The translations under genes and the position numbers were made by a program. From assembly GCA_051294905.1 (NCBI GenBank), contig CM119371.1, forward strand, positions 26,910,001-26,974,000: 64,000 bases of DNA, given 5' to 3'. Below, one piece after another: positions 39,701-53,119 of this stretch; within the stretch, counting starts at the first letter, position 1; the number at the start of each line of letters is the position of its first letter. The DNA is from Botryllus schlosseri. Lineage: Eukaryota. A model generated the notes under the pieces. It did no database searches. It was not told the origin of the DNA and worked only from the letters and a program-made list of their open reading frames with translations.

Positions 39701-40072
39701 CATCTACGGCGAAGCCATATTTTTCTTCAGCGCCCCCTTATCGCCCCCCTGTGCCCAGCGCCCCCTCCATATCGCTCCCTGAGCGTTTCCGTCCCCTTCA
39801 AAATCCCCAGCGCCCCTTTGCGGGGCGCTGGAGGCAAGGTTAAGAACCACTGTATTAGCTGATCTCCTACCGCATGGTAGCTTTTAAAAATGATGTGATG
39901 GTGAAGTTTGTTGAGATTCCAGTGATTTTTATAGTAGTTTTACCGTGACGTTAAAGTTCTTACATCTAAAAAAGATATAGGACACTTGAATATATTGTTG
40001 AATACTTGAAATTCCAGGATGCCGTCGCGGCCGCACAAAATAATCTCGCGGGCCGCGTGTTTGAGACCTCTG
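36763..40072. mobile_element. hAT Charlie-type composite element
   Basis: TIRs CAGAGGTCTCAAAC/GTTTGAGACCTCTG, TSD TCATAGAC (36755-36762, 40073-40080). Confidence 0.92.
38104..39852. mobile_element. Nested Charlie-type element
   Basis: TIRs CAGTGGTTCTTAACCT/AGGTTAAGAACCACTG, TSD TATTAGCT (38096-38103, 39853-39860). Relative at 57403-59362. Confidence 0.92.
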
Positions 40073-42511
40073 TCATAGACTCAGTGTAATATCTCTCAGA
40101 ATCTAATACTTAGACTATACACGAACTTCTTCTGTTGGCACGAGCTGGGCTGGCGGACTCTAACAAGACTCAACTCCAAGGCATATAAACGAAAGAATGG
40201 ACGGCTTTTCCCACAACAAGAAATCTGTCGTTTCGTTAACAGTTCATGCAAATAGAAATATTCATCAAATGTTTGCTAATTATTCAAAAACAATTTTATT
40301 TTTCAAATTTCACTGGCTATATGATAAAATTCTTAGTTGGCTAAAACAACGCTGCACACCATATTTTGATCAATTCCAACCAGTAGAAGCGAAGTTATTG
40401 CAGTAGCAAAATTTGGATTTGAATAAAATAGTCTTTACGGTGGCTAACTCTTCAATTATTTAATATAAAATCATGGAATTAGAAATATTTCTACTGCAAT
40501 AACTTAGCTTCTAATGGTTGGCTTTTCGAAAGTTGCGTCTAGTTTCGGATTTCGTCTTATACCGCTTGTGGAAAAATAATATTTCCATAAATAATGCAAA
40601 TAGGAAATATAAATTAAATAAATATTGCAATTACTGCATCAAAAGCAAATAATAGGTGGGAATTATCACAGCCAACTTACGATAATATAGAAAACGGTGT
40701 TAGTGGAGTTACACACACCCGACCTACAAATATGAAGGTGCGAAAAGACAACATGTTACTCTTCGTCATGTACTCTAGCTTTGTTCGAACATAACAATTT
40801 TCTTCTAATGTCATTGTCCATTCCGTAAAATTAATAGGTTGGATGAAAAACGCTGCACACTAAATTTGGGTCGATTCCAACCTGCATCAACGATGCTACT
40901 GGAGTCGGAAATGTTTATTCAAATATAAAATAAATAAATAAAATGTTCAAATTTTACAGGAAACCACGTGAAATTGTTAGGTTGTCTACAAATATGATGC
41001 ATGCCAAGTTAAACTAAATTCCACTCAGTAGACGCGAATTTGAGTTGTTTAAGTTTTGGATGTTGAGATATGAATAAATTTGGGGTGCCGTACCATTTAG
41101 CCAACCGAACAGTTCTATCGAATGGCCAGTGAAATTTGAAGAAAATAAGTTATTTCAGAATAACCATACTGTAGGCCTTCATGATTTGCGCCCGTTTGGT
41201 ATTGACGCCTGAATTCGAGGACACAATGTTGGAATTTCATTTTATTTCTACTTTGGTAGCATCAGATAGTTTCTCAATTAGGAATCACCGACTGGTGTAT
41301 CAGATAAATATTTGAATCATTTCCTGCAATGATCGCATATCGGAGGGACTATCGTTTTGATGAAGCTATCTCAATAAATTTACACTCATTTCCAAAAAAT
41401 CAGCGTCATATTTTTTCTCTGTTCAGCAATGTCTTTATCTGAACGTTATCATCGCCCCGTCTCATGACAACATACTATTGTTTCCCATAAATGGCCAAGA
41501 TTTAAACATTACCCTATTCTGATTCGACCACACGAATCGTTTGCCGAAATTCCTACTGAATACATCACTTATTAGATGATGATCGCAATCTCGATTGTCT
41601 ATTTGATAATAACAAGGTAACAAGCAAGCAAGGTCCCGACTTACGGAGCATTCCGAGATGTCACGGAGCATTCCGAGATGTCTATGTTTTATAAGAATAT
41701 GTGGCGAACGAAAACCTACAATAAAAAAGCTCAGGTGAATACAGACCTTCAGTCCGAACCACTTTCCTTTGGCCGGACATTGGTTGTGGGTAAGAAGCGC
41801 CTATATCACTCCGATCGTCACGCCTTGTATACTGGTTGTCTGTAACACATATTACAGCACATTTGTAGTAATAATTGCACTTTTCACTTCCTAAAAACTT
41901 CTAACGTACATTCATCGTGATCTAGCACAGGATACTAGCAATTTCATGAATGCCAAGGCATGCTCCGACTACAGCATTGTGAATAGGTGCAGTCGCCATA
42001 TTACCACCATTGGGAAAGGTGCAGTAGAAGCCATCCACACTTCGTAAAACAACATTTTTCTCTCTCATATTTATTCCAATGGGCGAAAAAGTCAAATATA
42101 CCAATCCTGGTGGAGATAGAGATATGGACCTTGGAACGAGTATGGAAGCAAAATTTCCTACTGGAAAGTGAAGTTCAATTGATTTACACCCTACTCGACG
42201 CTGGACATATGCAAATGCACGACATTTATTTCCATTCGGGGTGAATTTAAACTAGTTAGGAGATGTTGAGTATACCACTTATCCTTGCCCCGGTCTACGT
42301 CAGCGTGATATCACGGCATGTGCAACTCATTTCACTTCTTACATATTGTTCTATAGTCGATATACATAACACTATGATGACTAGCCAATTTCACATCGTT
42401 ACGACACATCTAGCTGATATTTCATAACATTACTAACGCGATTTGGTTTTAGAATCCTAAAATCAATACCAGTTCAGATTGATATACGTTGCCCGCATTG
42501 CGTAGCGTATC

Positions 42512-42710
42512 AGAGAGAGAGCGAGAGAGCGCGCGAGAAAGAGAGCGCGAGAGAGAGTGCGAGAGAGAGCGCGAGAGAGAGCGCGATAGAGCGCGCTAGA
42601 GAGAGCGCGAGAGAGCGCGCTAGAGAGAGAGCGCGCTAGAGAGCGCGCTAGAGAGCGAGAGAGAGAGAGAGCGGCAGAGAGAATGCGAGAGAGAGCGCTA
42701 GAGAGAGAGA
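42512..42710. repeat. (GA)n/(GC)n compound microsatellite
   Basis: GAGAGAGCGC-type units. Confidence 0.95.
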
Positions 42711-43660
42711 CTTTATTTTCATCAAACCAAAATGCATACTAACAGACGGCAATGATGGTGGTACAGAAAATATGCATGCACAGTATTCAGTATTAGATAG
42801 GAATGATCGATACGACGTTGAGTGTCAACTAGTCTGATCACAGCCGCATCGAACAGGTACACTTGTCTTTATACAGTCTGGCTGCAAAAAAATGCGAGGT
42901 AAAACAAGAAAAAAATAAACGATGGTAGCAAATGATTATTGAAGCAATGTCTGGGCGAGGTAGGGCAACAGTGTTATTATAACCTCAAGAGGTAATTCAG
43001 TAGGTCTTTTCTGAATCTATTACAAGGCAATTCACTGATATGTGGTGGTAATGCATTACAGATGATAAGTCCTGAGTAGTCGATAGATCCCTAGGTTAGT
43101 TTGCTATTGGGTGGGGGTAAGTAGATCTTTCGCTCTGACGAGGAGCCCGTGTAATGGGAGTGGACGTTTTGAGCATGTACGAAAAAGTCATTAAACGCCG
43201 AGTAACGAATATAATTATATTCCTTTTTAATTAGACGTTATATAAGGCTAATGAGGTTTGAAAACTACCAAGGTCTTTGTTCGAGATAATTCGAACATTT
43301 CAGGAAATTATATTAAAAATGGGCTTGGATTACATCACGACTAAAATGCTTCAATGAGGTAGCATCGCTCGCATAAGACTGTAAAATGACGCCACGGGGA
43401 TCTCTTTTTGTCCGCTGAGGAGACGAAAGGCAAGGCAAAAGTAAACTGCTTGGGAAATTATACTCTTCGTTTATGTGACGGTGAAGCAATTCGTTCATCA
43501 GATATTATCACTAAAAATACACATACGTTTGTTGTAAAACAACTCTCGCGCATATCTACGATAGTTGATGTAATATACCGCCAAGTTTTAGTGCAACTTC
43601 TTGACGCCTATATAATACCAATGCAACTGTTTGGTTCTTTATCATGCGACATAATAGCAG
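42711..43660 (-). mobile_element. Decayed LINE (L2/CR1-group-like) 3' part
   Basis: Minus-strand RT-like relics (..ILQSYASDA, KDLG, NRFRKDLLNYLL), then AATAAA immediately followed by the (TC)n tract. Confidence 0.5.
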
Positions 43661-43866
43661 AAGCAGACTAAGCGAGCGGCAGTTTAGCATGTCTCACTTG
43701 AGCATGTGGATTTCATTTAGGAAGACGGTAGGGCTGAGTTGCGTGGGGTTAGGTTTAAAGATATTGTCAGTTTCTAAGTTCGAAAATCACGAGTTGAGTA
43801 TTGCACGCGCATGCTAACTGTTGTTTATCATTGTGTTGCATACTTAGATGTCGACCAATCACTTAC

Positions 43867-43944
43867 GGATTTCCGCGACAGTCGTTTCTCGGTGCTGATG
43901 TCGCTTGAGCTCCATTTCTTCGCGCCTTTGTCGAATTGATGTAT
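43867..43944 (-). CDS. Predicted exon B1 (TSIRQRREEMELKRHQHRETTVAEI)
   Basis: TTTCTACAG/GTAAGT, 78 bp, phase 1-1. Paralog 60199-60276 differs by 4 silent and 4 replacement codons. Confidence 0.7.
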
Positions 43945-44056
43945 CTGTAGAAAGGAGTATTTGTCAAGCCAATAACTCTTCATTTTAAAGTTCTGCAGTA
44001 TCGCGAAAATATAAATATGGACAACGTGAATTGAGCACAATACGCATATGTTGAGG

Positions 44057-45334
44057 CAGGGGTGGGCAAACTACGGCCCGCGGGCCGCATGCGGCCCGCG
44101 AAATGCTCAAGAATCGTATTTAAAATATTGAATAATTGCGCAGTAAAAATCTAGTTTCTGCAGGGACTCGATTAAACTTTTTATTAATATATTTCAACAT
44201 GATAATGATAAGTTATATTCTGACCAGTATATTTTTATTTCACTGCTGATCCGATAGCCCGACCTCAAGGCACACGCATTTTAAAAGGTTTCAATTGCTA
44301 AACATTACAGTAAGTCAAAATGCGAATGACTTTCGGATCACAAGTGTAATTTTACATTGGCCATTTCAATGCTGTACTTGTAAAAACCGATTCGTGCGTG
44401 TTGTAGGTAGATTCGTTCTCAGTATGTGCAAAAGTATTTATGTATATAAAATCTGTAGCATATTTGAAGCTAACATGGTTATGACGCAAATCAGTAGAAT
44501 CAACAAATCTATAAACAGATCACTGCTCACAGATTCAAATCTCCATCCTGTTCTGAGAATCGGGACAACCGACTATCATCCCTAGTTTTAAAAATTGGTT
44601 ATATTGAGGTTGACCAGCAGCTAATGAAATATCGCCAATGTTTCTGACGCGTGTACCATATCCTTAAATCAATGATTGGTTTGTTTTATATAAAAATATA
44701 TATAATTTCCACATCTTCACTACATAATCAAATATCACTATTGCGTTTTGGTTTATAATCCCAGTTTTATATAGTGCGGCAGGCGGATGGATTTAGATGT
44801 TGAATGCTCAGTCCACGAGCGTTTTTTCTTTACAAACTTGTTACTGATGAGGACGATCCACTTCTATACTATATCCATATTTGTTCGGTCACTATATGAC
44901 AGAAACAGGGGTTCTCAAATTGTGGGGCGTGGAAGCATCTTAAAGGAGGCGCGAAGCCGCAGTAAATTTTAAAAAATGTCGCGCTCGGTGCGATTTACCT
45001 CCGCTTCATGGTTATTGCTCTGTCTATTGTCCATATTTTATATTTGATAGTTCTCTCGTCTACAGCCATAGCCTTCAATGCCATCAAACTATCCGATAAG
45101 ATTGCTAGCATTCTGATTTCTCTCTTGGATATTTTGTTATATCACGATAAGGGGGACGCAAAATTTTTCACTATGATAAAGGGATGCGTGTCTAATAAAG
45201 TTTAAGAACCCCTGATATATGATTAAATAACAATATTGCTTTTTGACTAATAATCTCAATTTAATATAGTGCGGCCCGCGAATAGATTTAGATGTTGAAC
45301 GCAGCCCGCGAGCCCAAAAGTTTACCCACCCCTG
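44057..45334. mobile_element. Charlie-type MITE (intronic) with nested fragment 44906-45214
   Basis: TIRs CAGGGGTGGGCAAAC/GTTTACCCACCCCTG, TSD TGTTGAGG/TGTTAAGG. Empty site at ~60380. Confidence 0.88.
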
Positions 45335-45385
45335 TGTTAAGGCAACGTATTGCCCGCGTTAGTGCATTATATTTTCTATACTTGC

Positions 45386-45508
45386 CAGGGGATGATACAT
45401 TGCTGCTGAAAACAGGATGAACGACTGGATGCAATCCCAAAGAATCAAACGAGGGCGATAACGACAAATTGCGGTCTCTCCACTGTTGTAGAGATGACGG
45501 ATAATCAT
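45386..45508 (-). CDS. Predicted exon A1 (DYPSSLQQWRDRNLSLSPSFDSLGLHPVVHPVFSSNVSSP)
   Basis: TTTCCTACAG acceptor, GCAAGT (GC-type) donor, 123 bp, phase 1-1. Paralog 60432-60554. Confidence 0.65.
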
Positions 45509-46809
45509 CTGTAGGAAAACGAAAAAGAGGTAAATACGGCTATGTAAAGTTGAAATATAGCAATTCACAATCGACTGCAATAAGTGAATTAACAATAGAT
45601 ATCACAGGAAGCATGAAAACCACTTATGTACGAGGCGAATAACTATCATCAATGGCGTTTTGAGTTGTCAAAATATTCAACATTTGTATATAGTGCAGTT
45701 GTTCTTAGCCTTTACTAAACTGCGGAACGCATACGCCAATCGCCAGGCCTTCGCAGATCCCCGAATTTTCAGCGAATTATAAAAACAAAAATCCTCTACA
45801 ATTCACATCTAAATACACATCTAATACATTACTAAATATCACTGTTGCACAACTGTGCATCAATCGAATGTTAACAAACTCATCCAAAGAGATATTTCGC
45901 ACAAAACCAAAACATATTTGAATATTTATGGCAAATTAGTGTGACATCTGCAGTGCCATTTCAGATATCAGTCCAGAAATTGGAGACCTCACATTGGAAA
46001 ACGTCATCAGGTTATTTGGTCGCAATAGCGTCGATACCCATTGCTTAATTGCATATGATCTACTAAATATTGGAAATGCGATAGGCATTTCAGAGATGAG
46101 GGTTTTGATTTCGAGCTTCCACATCCCCTTCGTACGCCACTGCACACGTCGTGCCACCACATCAGTCACAATTCGTCAGCTGATAGCCACCATTGGTTGC
46201 AGGTTACATATAATTCGTTTTGACATGGACTTCTTAGCCACCATTGGTTGCAGGTAAATTGGCCCTAAGAAGTCCATGTCAAAACGAATTATATGTATGT
46301 GTTGTGTCTTGACCTCCACGGAACCCCCGATACCGGCTCACGGAGCCCCTAGTGTTCCACGCAACGGCGATCAAGAAAAGATGTGTTAGTGTCAAAGAAG
46401 CGCATTACAAAAAAAAAAAGCAAAAATCCACAGAACATCGAGGCCTTCATAAACCAGAGTAGGCTACTTCAAAATAGCAAATGTCAAAATAGCGAGTGTT
46501 ACAAATACAGGGCTTTCCAATAAAACTATATCAAAGTTAATCTCCCCCTTAAACCTGTGGTTCTCAGCCTTTTTTGTCTTTGCGGAACCCCTTGGGACTG
46601 TTTCGGACTCCCACGGAGGGAGAGATAGAGATATGGTATTCTTTTTCGCCTGCACCATTGAGATGCTTTGACGACGGAGATGCGATACGGCCTTTATTAG
46701 TAAGGTCATCGAGTCTCCACCCCCGGTTTTTCTCATCCATGCTATCCGGGATTGCTCAACGCCTAGCAGGATAGCCGCGGATACCAGTTTTCGAGTCTTT
46801 GGTCTGACC

Positions 46810-47677
46810 CGTGAACGCGAACATGAACCTTATGACGTCACGTGAGGTCATAATGCTAATTCCAACCCTACATTTCAGTGAAGTAATAGTATATATTAAT
46901 ATGTACGGTTCCTATAGCGACAACTCGGCAATCATCTGATATAATAATCCCATAAAATTATTATCTTCCATCGCTTTGCCAACAGTTTCGACGAGGACTT
47001 GCAAGGGAACACAGGTGTACGCCTTAACGGTCTAGGCCAGACCGGACAATGTATTCGGCGTCTGCGTATTGCTGCGTTGATATTGAGCAGAGTGTAAAAC
47101 GGGTTTCTATACTTGCTACCGATATTACCCAATTACCAAGTTATGCAGCATTAGCCAACACCCCAATCACACGGATTTGGCTTTTATGATACAATAAACA
47201 TATGAAGTCAGGATTGACCCCGTACTGCAGCCAGATATTTTTCACCAGACAACGATATCATTTTCATTGATTGGTAGAATAAACATCATTCGCTGACTAC
47301 ATGCAGTGTATTTCGCTCTTGATGTTGTGTGATTGCTGGCCAAGCTCGCAGCACCGAGTCACTATATATTCAAAAACGGAAAGCTGGATATATCGTGCAA
47401 ACTTTTGTAACAAAGCAAGTAAAATTTTTGAGATTGTCAAGGTGCATGCTCGTTTGGTGTTGATTTTTTTTATGCTGCCAGTGCCATGCATAGAGTGGCC
47501 CGCAGTTGAAATGCCATAAATTTCATACAAAGATTTTTGAATGAAGTAAAAATTGTAATATATGAAACAGGTTCAGAGTGTAGAACCTACCAAGGTTCGT
47601 TTGTGAACGTGAACCTCTAAATTTCTGAGGTTCACACACAGAACGCGAAAGTGAACCTCACATTCACACCACCCCTA
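46810..47677 (-). mobile_element. Inverted copy of TAGGGATGGTGTGAAC hAT MITE
   Basis: Reverse complement of 1218-2090, ends CACACCACCCCTA. One terminus lost. Confidence 0.85.
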
Positions 47678-48142
47678 ATGTCACATTGAATCGCGCCTAG
47701 CGCGAAAAAAAATTCAAGAATAATCGAATCTCTAAAAGATTTTTTTTTTCAATTTAGGGAGTCAATTCGTAAATTCCGATTGCATATCCATGGCCGCCAA
47801 AACATACTAATTGAATTAGGTGTCTTCGAGCGCACAAATTTCCTTCTACGGCCGCAGGTTGGCCACCCGTAATGTAGAGATTGGTAAGACTTATATAATT
47901 TCGAAGCGAATTCTGTCGCTACATTTCTTGAAATATGCGATCGTGTATTCAGAACTCGCGTCGTCCAACTTGGTGAACGGGTGCTGCGAATCCATTTGCA
48001 AAAAGATAGGCGGCAGTCGACACAGCCTAAGCAAATTGAGTGTGTGTTTCTTCTCGTGTACCGCGGTATAAATCGAGTACAACATTTCAATCCAGAGTAT
48101 GCATGCACGTAGAAATGCAGGAATGTAAGTATATAGGCCTAC

Positions 48143-48256
48143 GTAGGCACGTAGGATTTACGTCCGCGATATCATTCTGAGTTAGATTCTCTATGTGTAC
48201 CACCCTTTTCGGCCCTTTAGGTGTGAATGCATAGTCTATTCGCTTACAGTGCCCCT
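48143..48256 (-). CDS. Possible exon D (GHCKRIDYAFTPKGPKRVVHIENLTQNDIADVNPTCL)
   Basis: CCCAG acceptor, GTAGGC donor, 114 bp, phase 1-1, open. No paralog support. Confidence 0.35.
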
Positions 48257-48277
48257 CTGGGTATGATGGCATATATA

Positions 48278-51200
48278 CAGAGTTGGATCAATTGTAATTT
48301 GTAATTGTAATTGAATGTAATTAATTACATTTTTCAATGTAATTGTAATGTAATTGTAATTGAAGCATTTTTATTCTGTGTAATTGTAATTGTAATTGTA
48401 ATTTGACAAAAATTTTGCTCAATTACAATTTCAATTACATTAAATTGCTATTGAGACCTGACAAGCACAACATAAAACAATTGACTTATAATGCATTCTC
48501 TTTAAACCAGTGGTTCCCAAACTTTTTCGGTATGAGGGCCAAATTTAGAATTTCAGAGTACGGTCGGGGCCGCACGAATACTACGGCTACGAAACGGACC
48601 CAAACAGTCATCATGGCTATTTCTTAGTAGTTTTATTGCCCTGGCGAGATTTCAAAACTGTACACTGTTTACCGCTACTTATCTGCTGCATTGGGTGTCC
48701 GTTGAGTGAATAAGGTTTTCTCGCCTAAACGCGCGAAGCGAGTGAAATTTCTTTAGTTTCATCACTGAATCGGTCAAATGATCGGGAATTGCATGTATTG
48801 CTATCAATTTTCATCCTGTCTCTGTTTACGTAATCCGATTTACCGGTAGAGCTGAGTGAGATGTGTTGAAAAAGTATAGGCCCCCTCAATAGTAATTAAA
48901 CATATCCGGGGGTATACCCGTTGGCAGGAACATAACAGCAGTTCGTCAGGACCCCGGGCTCCTATAGGGTGATAAACTGACCCCACATTACGTTGTTCGC
49001 TTTTGCCACGAAATTAAAGCTGTACTGTTTAGTGAGACAGCGCGACGCGCGAATATTTCGATAATTCATGATAAAATCGGTGAATAAGATCGGGAATTGC
49101 ATGGTTGACCTCTTTGCCCACGTAATCAGATTTACCGGTAGAGCTGAGTGAGAGGTGTCTTTGAAACTGCAGACCCCGTAAAATTAAACATCTTCGAGCG
49201 GGCGGACTCCTAGGTATGACTGCTTTACATGATGTTATTTCGTGACCTCCTGTCTGCTATATCAAAAAATGTAGAATTGCCCAAACCTACTAAACTGAAA
49301 GATCACACGATTTCAGATTGGTATTTCTTCACTGGCATACAATTTTCTTTCCTGCGGGATGGTATTTGTCTTGTGAGGTTCAGATTGCCAAGACAAGAAC
49401 ATTCGGCGCCAGTCATTTAGGCGCCTATATGGACAATTAAACCTATATGTATTTTGTATATATAACGAAGTTTTTGGTCTGCATAAAAGCAGTCCTTTAC
49501 GGCCAAGGCTTTCTCGCTGCCGATCGTTCTGACACACTTCTTGGAGTCACATGTTACATGGCCTAAAACTTTATATGTCTTGGTACGTTGTGGTGTGGTC
49601 ATGGCCAACGCTGATATTCCCATTTCTCTAAATCTTGCGTATTTTTTCTTGGGGAAGAGTACCCAATAATCAAGATATGTGGCGAATTGAAATCGCGACT
49701 AGCGCGAGAATTTTTTGAAAAAGTTGCATAAATTTTCAAAAAATACTCTATAATTTATGCTAATTCACGAAATAATTTTGGGCCCCCTTCGAGCTCGAAG
49801 CCCCTCAATTGGGGGGTTTGGGGTGCGGCAATTACAGCCCTCACTATAGGACTACTAATTAGGCTGCTTTTAGCCGGCTAGGCAGTAGGGCGATGCATCT
49901 CGACGTATTCGACATTGAGTCACGTGTTGCAAATCTAATTATCAAAGGGTTACCATACGTCCTCTTTTGTCCTCTTTTTTGATTTTTTTAAAGTGTCCTC
50001 GGAGGACGCTCTAATGACTTCATTTTTGAGGATTTTGGTTACATATAGGGCCAAATTCGACTGATATAGCCTACATTAAGTCACAGCACTGTAGGCGGCT
50101 ATTTCGGGAGCTGGACCGGAAAGTTGACCTTTTTTCCAGTCAACCACCTGTTAATGTGAAAGAAAAATTGTATTTTCCGGGAGTTAAGCCTCTTTTTCTT
50201 TTTTAGTCAAGCGACCACGAAGTGGGAAAAATTTACCATTTTTCAGGATTTTCCTCCGGTTTTGAAAGTTATCAATACCTATTTATATCTATAGCTACTG
50301 CTCGTTCAACTGGAAAGTTAGGACACATTGCATTGAAACAGCAGTGGCGTAACGTTAGCAGTCTATACTCACAACTTTCCTGCAATTCTATAATTAAAAA
50401 CTACAGAGGCCAGGCCAAGCAAGAGTATTTTATAAATATAAATTTTATTTTTTTCATAAATCGATTTCTTAATATATTTTGGGGGCCGCAAGAAGGCTAT
50501 CTGGGGGCCGCATGCGGCCCTCGGGGCCGCGCTTGGGAATCACTGCTTTAAACGAACGACAAGGAATTTGGTGGATCCATTCGCGAAGGCCATTGACCGC
50601 GCCCTTGCGGGCGAAGTTTATTTTTATTTTTACCGCTATGCTGGCCTCGGCTGCCATTCCATACAATTTTTAAATTACTAACCAACCGATGGATTCGCAA
50701 CACGTGGCTCACGATTGAAAACGCCGAGAAGCGAACTGCTGAGCCGGCTAAAAGCAGCGGAATTGATAGTCCCATAGCTGGCGATCCAAGAGTGGAAATT
50801 TGATATGTATGGTCGTAATCGAAAGCTAGTGTCGCACTGATTCCGCAATAAAAGTATATTTCCAGGCAATGGTACCATCCCAAAATAGTCGTGGAAGTCT
50901 GGGAATCGGCATTGTTCTGAGCAATCGCTATGGGCGTAACTGGTAATTGTTGTAGTCATGCTGCTGCAGCGCTCTCACTTTTCAGAACAGTCGGCCTTAA
51001 ACGGCTATTTTGGAGCAGTTACATTGCCGTGACGAGATTTTATTTTGTATTTTCGGAATTAGTACATCAATAGCTTACGATGAAGACCAAATGCATCAAA
51101 TTGGACGCATGGATCGCCAGCTCTAGGACTATAAAGTTTGCTGGTTTTAGCCGAATTTTCAGTACGTTTGTCGGTGCATTCATCCGTGACTCACATATGG

Positions 51201-51932
51201 CGCATCTATCCGTGGGTTGGCAATCTACAATACGATTTCAGATCACGATGATGCATCGTTATTTCGTCTGGCTAACTAACCAGACCACTGGATATTATAT
51301 AACGTCTTATCTGACAAAGCACGGTTTTGTTTTTACTCCTCATCCTAATTCCTACGTCCCTGGATAAAAATAATATTGTTTCTTTAATTATATACTATAT
51401 ACGCAAATCCAACACATGCATATATTATAATACTTTTTCAACGACATACTGCACCCTATCCCCAATCCTAACCCATAGGAAATTAGGTAAATAACATTTT
51501 ACATTTCCAATTACGTGAGCCTAATTACCTAGCATACAAAACACGCTTACATTACGTCACAGTGACATCTTACATAGCATACTATGTACGCACATCAACG
51601 CAATTATTACTACACAATCTGAACTAGACTTGAATTGTTGTTAAATACGACGCTACGGTTGTCAAGGACCACGGTTGAATTTATGACTATTCAATTACAT
51701 GTTCAACAGCAGCAATTGTAATTGTAATTGTAATGTAATTGATGCATGCAAGGAGTAATTGTAATTGTAATTGTAATGTAATTGATGCATGCAAGGAGTA
51801 ATTGTAATTGTAATTGTAATTTGATATTTTTAACATGGAGTAATTGTAATTGTAATGTAATTGAAACATTCATGAAAGTAATTGTAATTGTAATTGTAAT
51901 TGAACTGAAATAATGTAATTGATCCAACTCTG
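48278..51932 (+). mobile_element. Non-autonomous hAT (CAGAGTTGGATCAATT family)
   Basis: TIRs as for 29248-30714, TSD CATATATA (48270-48277, 51933-51940). Confidence 0.93.
48508..50545. mobile_element. Nested Charlie-type element
   Basis: TIRs CAGTGGTTCCCAA/TTGGGAATCACTG, TSD CTTTAAAC (48500-48507, 50546-50553). Empty site at ~29463. Confidence 0.92.
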
Positions 51933-52999
51933 CATATATATGATCAAAAAATTAGGAAACAGATTTGTAATGGCCATATAACGCCCACCCTATAGTCATT
52001 TCTATCTAGCAGCTCGGATTGAATGTATTCTGGAATAGCGGTTATGCATATAGGAGAAAAAGGATTTTTTTTAATTTTTCCCCAAAACTTTAACAGAACA
52101 TATCTAATCAGCAACCTGTTTGTATCAGTAGTCTACTGACAATTTGGCGATCGAGTTGGCGCAGTAGAATACTTCATCTCAGACGGCAATTCTGTTTATG
52201 TGAGTTCTGAAGTTTTAGCAGTTACGAAACGAAACTATCTCGTGATTTATCTAATTTATAAATGCAACAAATTAGGTGTTCAAACATGTTTTCAAATTTG
52301 CAGGTTTCGCAGACCCCATGAAATTGCTTCGCGGACCCCCGGTCGATAACCGCTGCCTTAAACCAATAGCAGAAACTAAATTAACCCCGAAACAAACATC
52401 AGTCTTAACCATTATTGCAAACAAAGCAAATCAGCATCAACGCACCAGTTATCACAGGTGCCACCGAACCTCATTTCTAACCCAAACTAAACGTATACAT
52501 AAGCTATCGGGTCACAAATGCCCAGCAGGGCGCAATTTCAACTCGCTATTCTGGATGCGTTGTAGCTCTTATGACACTCGCTGTTTTGACACAAGCTATT
52601 TTGAATATCACCCTATGATAATAGTAACTGTTTAGTTTGTCATTTGCTATTCACCCTGGGTGATCATTGATAATATTTAGATACAGATATCAGCATCAGT
52701 ATCAATAGTAAATTACTTTGTTTTCGTCTGGAAATAAACAGTGCTGTAGTATCACTGTGTCAGTGTATGTGGTTAAACTGAACGCATATCAAAAATGCTT
52801 CAAGGTGGACCTGCCTAGTGGCGAGCCCTTGGCTGAGCTTGTGTTGAACATTCTGGAAGTGGGCATTTTGACATCACCGTGTTCACTACGTCGCAATCAG
52901 TCTCGCTGATCCATCCATCCTTAAAAAATGGAACCGTCATCTCTAACCTCTCATCCTGTCACACGTATGATAGTCTATAAATAAAAGTTATCACGCTAC

Positions 53000-53119
53000 C
53001 CTTGGAAACATCCGTGACATCCCACATTTTCAGATTTCGTTGCGTAGTAGAGTACGGAGACTTCACTGAATGCTTATTCTTTTCAGGCATGGTATTTCTG
53101 CGTTGTTCTGTCCTCGACG
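53000..53119 (-). CDS. Predicted exon C1 (SRTEQRRNTMPEKNKHSVKSPYSTTQRNLKMWDVTDVSK)
   Basis: AACAG/GTAGCG, 120 bp, phase 1-1. Same-length paralog 61629-61748. Confidence 0.6.

Noticed and set aside
41430..42360. Exon-like segments (e.g. QWW*YGDCTYS, weakly FReD-like)
   Set aside because: Stops and poor donors. Too short to support a call.
45930..46070. Candidate exon shared with ~60990-61093
   Set aside because: 5-bp indel between copies and an in-frame TAA in both.
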